DNA from: an uncultured Candidatus Saccharibacteria bacterium
GTDB taxonomy: Bacteria; Patescibacteriota; Saccharimonadia; Saccharimonadales; JALRHH01
Assembly (NCBI GenBank): GCA_964474995.1
Contig: CAYYUY010000002.1
Location: 35,755-99,754, forward strand
Reading direction: 5' to 3'
Length of the DNA stretch: 64,000 bases
How positions within the stretch are numbered: position 1 is the stretch's first letter; every line of letters begins with the position of its first letter. Position numbers and translations under genes: made by a program. Below are positions 7,776-16,100 of the stretch, piece by piece. The notes below the pieces were generated by a model. The model did no database searches. It saw only the letters and a program-made list of their open reading frames with translations, and was not told where the DNA came from.

Positions 7776-8804
7776 ATGTTAATCACCCCCAACGTTCCCC
7801 TGGCGACTCATTCCACCATGCGCCTCGGTGGCGTAGCCGCCTTTTTGACCGAAATAACTGACCGCTCCGAAATCCCTGAAGCCCTTGCGTGGGCCGAACA
7901 GCGCCAACTGCCTGTCATCATGGTCGGCAGCGGCAGCAATATTGTTTGGCGTGATGAAGGCTTTCCGGGCCTTGTACTTATCGACAAAATTCTTGGTATC
8001 GATACCACGAGTGGCATTGGTGACGACCGTTATATTACCGCTGGATCTGGTGTCATATGGGACGAACTAGTGGCCAAAACAGTTACCGATGGTCTCACTG
8101 GTCTGGAATTTCTGTCATTGATACCTGGCACAGTTGGTGCAACACCTGTTCAGAACGTTGGTGCCTATGGCCGTGAGGTTAGCTCAGTTATCGTAACCAT
8201 TCAGGCGTATGATAGCCTCGAGAAAAAATTTGTCACACTACGGGCAAGTGAATGTGATTTTGCGTATCGTACCAGCCGGTTCAAAACAACTGATCGTGGC
8301 CGATTCTTCATCGTTGCAGTGACGTTCTATCTTTCGACAACCAAACCGCAACCACCGTACTACAACGCGGTGATGGATTACTTCAAAGCACACAACATTA
8401 CTGACATCACGGCGGCCGCTGGCCGCGAGGCAACTATCAGCATTCGTACCGAAAAGCTGCCTGATCCCGCAATGGTTGCAAATAATGGTTCATTTTTTGC
8501 GAACCCAATCATAGCAGGCGACACATATCTAGACATACATGCCTCGTTTCCAAATGTAGTGTATTGGAATACTGCAGATGGTAAAGTAAAATTATCGGCC
8601 GCTTGGCTTATCGAGCAAGCAGGGTTCAAGGACTTTCACGACCCTGAGACTGGCATGGGAACCTGGCCCAAACAGCCCCTGGTACTTGTCAACGAATCGG
8701 CAACCACCACCGCACAGCTGTTAGTCTTCCGGCAGAAAATTATTGATGCAGTACAAACAAAGTTTGGGATCACACTCGAACAAGAACCGGAGCTATTACC
8801 ATGA
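7776..8804 (+). CDS. murB: UDP-N-acetylenolpyruvoylglucosamine reductase
   Basis: N-terminal NVPLATHSTMRLGGVAAF, FAD-binding block VMVGSGSNIVW, and C-terminal MurB domain (GSFFANP, SAAWLIEQAGFKD). The start was set at MLITPNVP. The track start at 7692 would overlap the upstream divergent gene. Confidence 0.85.
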   Translation: MLITPNVPLATHSTMRLGGVAAFLTEITDRSEIPEALAWAEQRQLPVIMVGSGSNIVWRDEGFPGLVLIDKILGIDTTSGIGDDRYITAGSGVIWDELVAKTVTDGLTGLEFLSLIPGTVGATPVQNVGAYGREVSSVIVTIQAYDSLEKKFVTLRASECDFAYRTSRFKTTDRGRFFIVAVTFYLSTTKPQPPYYNAVMDYFKAHNITDITAAAGREATISIRTEKLPDPAMVANNGSFFANPIIAGDTYLDIHASFPNVVYWNTADGKVKLSAAWLIEQAGFKDFHDPETGMGTWPKQPLVLVNESATTTAQLLVFRQKIIDAVQTKFGITLEQEPELLP

Positions 8805-9187
8805 ATGCAGATAACCCAGAGACACCACTGATCCAGAAACTTGGGTTTGGACGTGGCGAGAGCGTCTTTGTCGAAGATACCCCTGATTGGTACTCCGACT
8901 TCGCAGCTACTAACGAATTCGAACTAGAGCCCGGACTCCCAGCAACACATGCTCATATATTTTGCGACACCAAGGAAACACTGGTGGATTTCCTTACGAA
9001 CAACGATACTCGGGAAATCGAAAACTCACTCTGGCTCAGTTGGCCCAAAAAAGCTTCGGGCGTCAAAACTGACATAACAGAGCAGGACCTTCGTGACGCG
9101 CTACTACCTCTCGGATGGGTCGACGTCAAAGTTGCTGTCATCGACGATACATGGAGTGGGCTTAAGTTTCTTCGACGTAAAGCTTAA
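8801..9187 (+). CDS. DUF3052-like small protein
   Basis: 128 aa, ATGA-coupled to murB. TPLIQKLGFGRGESVFVEDTPDWY resembles the DUF3052 N-terminus (weak). Confidence 0.4.
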   Translation: MNADNPETPLIQKLGFGRGESVFVEDTPDWYSDFAATNEFELEPGLPATHAHIFCDTKETLVDFLTNNDTREIENSLWLSWPKKASGVKTDITEQDLRDALLPLGWVDVKVAVIDDTWSGLKFLRRKA

Positions 9188-9232
9188 CACGTTAAGTATC
9201 ATCAAACCTTTGCTGCATATAGTTTTTCATAA

Positions 9233-9268
9233 CCTACACATTGCTTAACATGTTAAGCAATGTGTAGG
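9233..9268. repeat. Perfect 36-bp palindrome between convergent genes
   Basis: CCTACACATTGCTTAACA|TGTTAAGCAATGTGTAGG. The first 18 nt are the exact reverse complement of the last 18. No U-run follows on either strand. Confidence 0.9.
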
Positions 9269-9288
9269 AAGAGAGGGAAGAGCCCTGA

Positions 9289-10566
9289 TTATTTGTCGCT
9301 TGGGAGTGGATACTGCAGTGCGAATGCTGTGACGGTTTTGCGTAGCTCTGCTAATTTTGGCTCATCATCTCGAGCATCGATGGCTTGTTTCATCCACTCT
9401 GCAATCTGTTCCATGTCCTTTTCGACGAGACCACGCGTGGTAATCGCTGGGGTACCAAGACGGATGCCACTTGGTCGGAATGGCGGAAGTGGGTCATCAG
9501 CTACGCTGTTTTTGTTGAGCGTCAGCCCGATCTTATCAAGTGCCTTTTCGGCAACGTCACCGTCGATACCAAAGCTCTTGTAGACATCGGCCAATATCAA
9601 GTGGTTGCTGGTTCCGCCCGTGAGCAACTGAAAGCCACGAGCTTGCAAAGCATCAGAGAGCGCACTGGCATTCTTCACGATTTGCGCAGCATATTGTTTG
9701 AAACTTGGCTCAAGCGCCTCACCAAAGGCCACAGCCTTGGCAGCAATGACATGCATGTGTGGACCACCCTGCATACCCGGGAAGACCGCACGATCAATCA
9801 GTGTTGGGATGCTTTCGAGTGTCTTTTCTGGAGCACGAAGTGGATTACCCACTGTTCCGCGGCTCAAGATCAGCCCACCACGTGGCCCGCGAAGAGTTTT
9901 GTGCGTGGTAGTCGTGATGACATGGAACCCATAGTCAAAGGGGTTCTTGGCAACGCCGCCAACAATCAGCCCAGCAATATGCGCCATGTCGGCCATAAGA
10001 AGCGCGCCAACTTCGTTACCGATTGCAGCAAATTTGGCATAGTCGAGCTCGCGAGGATATGCACTGAAGCCTGCGAGGATGATCTTTGGTTTGTGCTCAA
10101 GGGCGAGTTCACGTAGTTCATCATAATCAATCTCACCAGTTGCAGGATCTTTCATCTTGTAGCGGATAAAGTTGTATAATTTGGCGCTACGCGTCACTGG
10201 CGCACCGTGCGTCAGGTGGCCACCATGGCTGAGGTCCATTGCCAGGACCGTGTCACCTGGTTCTAGCCACGCACTGTAGACAGCTTCATTAGCTGGCGCT
10301 CCAGAGTGAGGCTGTACGTTGGCGTGATCAGCCTTAAAGAGCTGCTTAGCACGTGCAATGGCTAGTTCTTCGACTTGGTCAGTAAATTCTTGACCGCCGT
10401 AGTAGCGTTTGCCGGGATAGCCTTCGGAATATTTATTGGTAAAAACGCTGCCGAGCGCATCGAGCACACCGTGGCTCACATAGTTTTCACTCGGGATAAG
10501 CTCCAAGCCCTCACGTTGACGCTGAGCCTCAGCTTTGATCAGTTCTATAACCTTCGTATCTATCAT
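9289..10566 (-). CDS. glyA: Serine hydroxymethyltransferase
   Basis: ELIPSENY, the PLP-lysine region VITTTTHKTLRGPRGG, and full-length colinearity with GlyA. The start was set at the ATG (10566), which is preceded by GGAG, rather than the TTG at 10578. Confidence 0.92.
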   Translation of the reverse strand: MIDTKVIELIKAEAQRQREGLELIPSENYVSHGVLDALGSVFTNKYSEGYPGKRYYGGQEFTDQVEELAIARAKQLFKADHANVQPHSGAPANEAVYSAWLEPGDTVLAMDLSHGGHLTHGAPVTRSAKLYNFIRYKMKDPATGEIDYDELRELALEHKPKIILAGFSAYPRELDYAKFAAIGNEVGALLMADMAHIAGLIVGGVAKNPFDYGFHVITTTTHKTLRGPRGGLILSRGTVGNPLRAPEKTLESIPTLIDRAVFPGMQGGPHMHVIAAKAVAFGEALEPSFKQYAAQIVKNASALSDALQARGFQLLTGGTSNHLILADVYKSFGIDGDVAEKALDKIGLTLNKNSVADDPLPPFRPSGIRLGTPAITTRGLVEKDMEQIAEWMKQAIDARDDEPKLAELRKTVTAFALQYPLPSDK

Positions 10567-10705
10567 CAGTAACTCCAATTAATCTCTTGTATTTACAATG
10601 CGCGGCAAAAAAGAGATTAGATTACACCATATCCCTATTCTAGCAGGCCAAAACGGCCATAAAAAACCTTTATTTTTTATACCTTTTGCGGTATATTTAA
10701 GCACT

Positions 10706-12226
10706 ATGAATACAACAAACGAGAAGATTGGTCTATTAATTTATCAGTTACGACAAGAAAGGGGCCTCACGCAGGCTCAGTTCGCGCGTAAACTTGGCAC
10801 CAGCCAGTCTGCGGTCAACCGAATCGAGCACGGCAAACAAAACCTCAGCCTCGAGACACTTGGGCGTATCAGCGATGTTCTCAAGAAGCCGTTGATCTCT
10901 ATCAATGGTGGTGCGATCAATCTCCGTATTGAAGGTGGTCAAGAACTGCACGGTAGTATTGAAACCAAAGTTTCCAAGAATGCTGCTGTCTGTTTGTTGT
11001 TTGCAGCCCTCCTTAATAAAGGCACCACTCGTTTCAAGCGTATGCCACGCATCGAAGAGGTTTACCGTATCATCGAGGTCCTAGTCAGCATCGGTGTCGT
11101 GGTGAAGTGGCTTCCTGGTAACGATCTCGAGATCAAACCACCAGCCATGCTTAACCTCGACAAAATGGATAAGAACGCTGCCCGCAAAACGCGTAGCGTG
11201 ATCATGATGTTTGGTCCACTCATGCACCTCTTTGACGACTTCAAGATCCCCTACGCTGGCGGTTGTAAGCTCGGTACACGTACCGTCCAACCACACTTGT
11301 ATGCACTCGAAGAATTCGGTGTTAACATTGTCGCCAAAACTGGTCACTACCACGTAACTGTCGACAAGAAACAACCCGAAGAGATCGTCCTCTATGAATC
11401 TGGTGATACCACTACCGAAAACGTCATCATGGCTGCCGCTCGTTATGACGGTGAAGTGACCATCAAGATGGCTAGCGCCAACTACATGGTTCAGGACCTC
11501 TGTATTTTCCTCAAGAAACTCGGTGTGAAAATCGAAGGCATCGGCACCAGCACACTCAAGGTTCGTGGCGTCAAAGAGATCAAAAAGAATGTGACTTATA
11601 GTCCAAGCGAAGACCCAATTGAGTCAATGACCTTCATTGCAGCTGCCGTGGCAACCAATTCAGAACTTACCGTTACGCGTTCACCAATTGAATTCCTCGA
11701 ACTTGAAATCCTCAAGTGCCGCAAGATGGGCCTCGTCGTTGATGTCTCTCCAAAATACAAAGCTGATAACGGTCACACCGACCTGGCGGACATCACCGTC
11801 CACAAACACAATGGAACACTCCGTGCACTGGAAGAAAAGATCTATGCCCGTCCATTCCCTGGTCTAAATATCGACAACTTGCCATATTTTGTACCAATCG
11901 CAGCAGTCGCCAAAGGCCGCACCCTAATCCACGACTGGGTCTACGAAGAACGCGCCTTGTATTACACCGAAATGCGTAAGCTCGGTGTCAACGTAACATT
12001 GGCCGATCCACATCGTGCGTATATTGACGGCCCAACCAAATGGGACGCTGCAGATATCGTCTGCCCTCCTGCCCTGCGCCCCGCAGTTTTACTACTTATT
12101 GGTATGCTTGCAGCCAATGGCACATCCATCCTCCGCAACATCTACTCAATCAATCGCGGCTACGAAGACCTCGCTGAACGCCTCAACGCCATTGGTGCCA
12201 ACATCAATGTTATGCACGAACTCTAA
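10706..12226 (+). CDS. murA: MurA-like UDP-GlcNAc 1-carboxyvinyltransferase with N-terminal XRE HTH domain (fusion)
   Basis: Residues 1-60 are an HTH (LRQERGLTQAQFARKLGTSQSAVNRIEHGKQ). The rest is colinear with MurA. It retains KNAA (Lys22 equivalent), GGCKLGTR (catalytic Cys115 equivalent), NIDNLP (Asp305 equivalent) and RGYEDL. The start was set at MNTTNEK, and the 36-codon upstream extension was rejected. Confidence 0.75.
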   Translation: MNTTNEKIGLLIYQLRQERGLTQAQFARKLGTSQSAVNRIEHGKQNLSLETLGRISDVLKKPLISINGGAINLRIEGGQELHGSIETKVSKNAAVCLLFAALLNKGTTRFKRMPRIEEVYRIIEVLVSIGVVVKWLPGNDLEIKPPAMLNLDKMDKNAARKTRSVIMMFGPLMHLFDDFKIPYAGGCKLGTRTVQPHLYALEEFGVNIVAKTGHYHVTVDKKQPEEIVLYESGDTTTENVIMAAARYDGEVTIKMASANYMVQDLCIFLKKLGVKIEGIGTSTLKVRGVKEIKKNVTYSPSEDPIESMTFIAAAVATNSELTVTRSPIEFLELEILKCRKMGLVVDVSPKYKADNGHTDLADITVHKHNGTLRALEEKIYARPFPGLNIDNLPYFVPIAAVAKGRTLIHDWVYEERALYYTEMRKLGVNVTLADPHRAYIDGPTKWDAADIVCPPALRPAVLLLIGMLAANGTSILRNIYSINRGYEDLAERLNAIGANINVMHEL

Positions 12227-12336
12227 CGAAGCGTATTGAGACTATTGGTCTCAAGCCCTGTTCGAAGCCAGACCAAAAACCCAATCGCCACAGCGAGTAG
12301 TACAACTAATATGATTGTTCGGTGCCATTCTTTCAT
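12223..12336 (-). CDS. 37-aa single-TM micro-protein, ATGA-coupled to the sortase stop (below the ORF-track cutoff)
   Basis: Hand translation gives MKEWHRTIILVVLLAVAIGFLVWLRTGLETNSLNTLR. Its ATG (12336-12334) overlaps the sortase TGA (12335-12333). Confidence 0.3.
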   Translation of the reverse strand: MKEWHRTIILVVLLAVAIGFLVWLRTGLETNSLNTLR

Positions 12337-12935
12337 CGGACTGTCTCCAGACTTGCTTGCACTACGAGCCGCTGTTTTGATGTCCACAGCGGCGTACAAG
12401 TGTATAACGTAAGTATTGAGTTGGCTGTCGGCTGCTCGATTGATACATCTTGCGGATCTACAACCTTGATAGCCGCTACTTTATAAGTGTAAGCCTTACC
12501 GTTCCAGTAAAGTCCGATCTCGTCACCCACCCGAACCTTATCAAGGTTATAGAACGGCGGCGTATTGTGATAGGTAAAACGATGACCAACAAGTACTGTG
12601 TTGCTCATTTTGTCCGGGCTACTGGACCGTGGCCGATGCCAAATACCTTTGTCGACAGTATAGACGCTCTCACCTTCGAGTACTTTTTCACGGACACCAA
12701 TTGACGGAATCACCAACGTATTATCAGCAGGAATATCTTCAGACCTTACTTGTTGCACAGTGGCCTTACGTGGGCTCGAAACGACCGGTGCATCATGGCG
12801 CACCCACCATGAAACCGCAGGTAATATCGGTAACAGTAGTATATATAAGGCCATCACCACAATAACTCCAGTCAGTACGTCGTTGAATGACTTGAGGGTG
12901 AGATATTTTCTGAACGCTGTGCGTAATTTGTGCAT
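12333..12935 (-). CDS. Sortase (catalytically intact)
   Basis: N-terminal TM. His in VLVGHRF, TLYTC Cys motif and downstream Arg (QRLVV) are all present. The start was set at MHKLRT, preceded by AGGAG. Confidence 0.8.
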   Translation of the reverse strand: MHKLRTAFRKYLTLKSFNDVLTGVIVVMALYILLLPILPAVSWWVRHDAPVVSSPRKATVQQVRSEDIPADNTLVIPSIGVREKVLEGESVYTVDKGIWHRPRSSSPDKMSNTVLVGHRFTYHNTPPFYNLDKVRVGDEIGLYWNGKAYTYKVAAIKVVDPQDVSIEQPTANSILTLYTCTPLWTSKQRLVVQASLETVR

Positions 12936-13163
12936 TATCTCCTCATAATACCCACATTTTGCATAAAAACACCCTGTAATATTACTTTTTTGCAAAAAGG
13001 AGAAAATCTGGCTTGCAAAAACGGATCAAGAGAGGTATTAAACTAAGTACAACAAACAAGTGAAATCCAAAACATTTCACATTGTGAGTCTTCCTAGGTG
13101 TGATGGAAAACGAGCGATTGCGAGTCGTATAGCGTGTAGTTAGATCAATGAAAGGATCCGTTT

Positions 13164-16100
13164 ATGGCCATCTCAATTAGCCCCCGACATATTAAGCGTC
13201 TCAAAAGTTCTCTCGTAGCTATGCTATTCGTGGCAACGCAAGTGGTTTTTCCATTTGCCGCTGGTGGCATCGCAAGCGCAGCTGCATCGATTGGCGTCAG
13301 TACTAGTCAAGGTCAAGAATTCCCTTCACTTACCTGGTCATCAGGCAACATAACCACCTATCAAGAAGGTGATTTTATTAACTTCCGTTTTGATGTCAGT
13401 ACAAGCGGTGCGTCAAGTGGGCAGATGAAAGTCCAATACGCCAATGATGAATGTGGCTTCTTTGATGGGTCATTCGCACTCCTCACGACAACAAACACCT
13501 CCGGCGCCACGCCAACGGTTGCCAAGGTTGGCCCATCCACGCTAGTAGGCTCAGACTGGGAGCAAGTACTGTCAGTCAACTTCACGGGTGCTGGTACCGA
13601 TACTATTAATTACAAACTCAAGCTTGGCCAAGACGCCGGCCAATGTAATGGATCTTCAACTCACGTCGTGCTTGATAATGTAAACGGACCTGCCGGTGGC
13701 GACTTCAGCAACATTGGAGCTTTGACTGTTCCGATTCCCGCAAAAGATATCATTGAATTACCAGAGATATTTGTCACCAAAAAGGTTGATACAAATGGCG
13801 ATGGCGTATCAGACCGCAACGCTACCGCTGGCGAATGGTCATTCAGCCTTGATGGTGGCACGCCAGTTGCGACAGATGCCAATGGACAAGTAACATTCAC
13901 GAATGTGATCCCAAATGGTACACATATCATTACTGAAGTGAACGGGCCACCTGACCAGTCATTCCTCAGTGGAAGTGGCTCAGGCTGCACCTTTAACGGC
14001 TCTACTGCGACAGCTACCGTTCAGTCGGGTACAACATCAACTGATGCAACTTGTGTATTTACCAATACTGTCAAAAAAGGTTCTATAACCATCGTCAAAG
14101 ATGCTACACCTGATAGTACGCAAGTTTTTCACTTCTCGACTACTACTAACAGCTCAGTCTTCCCTGCGTTTGATCTTGATGATGACGGCAGCAACGTAAA
14201 CGCACACTCAAACACCCAGACATATAGCAACTTACTTTCCGGTACATACACCGTAACCGAGGACAACACACCTGGCTGGGATTTCTCAAGCCTGTCTTGC
14301 AACAACGCAGCAGGTGCAGTCTCCGGCAAGACGGCTACCATCACTATTACTTCCGGCCAAAACGTTGTCTGTACGTACGGCAACACACAGCAAGGTACAA
14401 TCACGGTTAACAAATCCCTATCACCTACAAACGATCCTGGTAAATTTAACCTCCAGATCAATGGCGTAACCGCTGGTACTGGGGCAAATGTTGGTAACGG
14501 CGGTACGACTGGTACACAGAGTTATAGTGCAGGCGGCAGCTTCACTGTTGGCGAGACACAAGGTAATGTTGGTATACTCAGCGACTACACCAGTAGTTAC
14601 ACATGCCTGGATAATGGCAACTCTCTTGTGTCAGGTAGCGGCACTCTTTCAAGCAGCTTCAGCCTGGGGGCTGGTCACAATGTTGTCTGTACATTCACAA
14701 ACACTCGTAACACGGGTTCTGTGACCGTCAATAAGATGCTTCGTAGCGATGCAACCGGTTCATTCCTTCCTGCAAACCCAGGCATATTCACCTGGGGGCT
14801 TGATAGTGGCGCCACAACAAATGCTATGGGCAGCACGCTTTCAAGTATCAATACCGGATCACACAGCGTTGCCGAAAATAGCGTCACCGGATATCACCCA
14901 GTTGGTTGGTATCTTACTAGTGACACACAGCACTCATGCCTAAATCCTACGAGTAGCACCTTCCCTATCGATGTAGCTGTCACGACTGGCCAAACGGCAA
15001 GTGTCACGATATGTAACGCCCGCGATACGGGTACACTGCAAGTGCTCAAGAACGTCGATCTAAACGCTGACGGTGACTTCAGTGACCCTGGCGAGACAAA
15101 TAGTGATGCTTGGCAGTGGCAAGCAAACGGCGGCACAAACCACACTACCGGTGATGCACCAATCGCAGTGGTAACTGACAATTACACCCTCACCGAAACA
15201 GGTTCAACAGATTACCACAACACAGGATTTAGCTGTACTGGTGGTATCTACAACGGCACTACCGTGACTGTGGCCACTGGTGACAACGCTGTCTGTACAT
15301 TCGTAAATGTTCGCAACACTGGGCTTATCAGCTTCCTCAAAAATGTCGTCGGTGGCACTGCAAGTGCAAGCGATTGGCTGTTTACGGTTAGCGACGCAGC
15401 TGGCACCACCGCACACAGTGGTGACTCTCGTACGATACTCACTGGTAGCTATGGTGTATTGGAATCGGGTGGCCCAATTGGATACACACTCACAACTGAC
15501 AATACTCCAGGGAATGTATGTACGCTCAGTAACGGCATCATTACATTAATGGTCAGTCAAGCCGGCGGACTGTGTAGCATCACCAACACTCGCGATACTG
15601 GCTCGGTCAAGGTTAACAAGCTCCTCGATAATGATGGTAATGGAACATTTGAGCTCACCAACCCTGGTGACTTCAGCTGGAACATCGACACCACACCTGT
15701 AAGCACCAACAATGCCATGGGCACAACGCTACCCGGTGTCGAGACGAATCCTTACCATGTAACCGAGAATTCACCAGCAAACTACCACCCAGTTGGCTGG
15801 TTTACTGGCAGCCCTACAAGCACACAGAACCCGTGTACTAATCTAACGAATACAACCCTCCCGGCTGGTATCAATGTCACAAAAGACCAGACCACAGAAA
15901 TCACACTCTGTAATGCTCGTGACACCGGTACCGTTACCGTCAATAAATCACTGGTACCTGCATCTGACTCCGGCAAGTTTAACCTCAACATAAACGGCAT
16001 TACAAAGACTGCCGTAGGAGGCGTCGGTGATGGCGGCACGACCGGTGCGGTCATCGTACCAACTGCAGCTGCACAAACTGCCTCCGAAACCGCAGCCCCT

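Noticed and set aside
9385-10116. 243-aa ORF antisense to glyA (and 9260-9583, 9698-9934)
   Set aside because: GlyA is conserved along its full length on the minus strand, and the antisense frames have no recognisable features.
10598-10705. 36-codon N-terminal extension of the MurA-like ORF (track start 10598)
   Set aside because: It would leave only 19-31 bp for the divergent glyA/murA promoters, and its peptide (MRGKKEIRLHHIPILAG...) is not HTH- or MurA-like. The ATG at 10706 begins exactly at the HTH domain.
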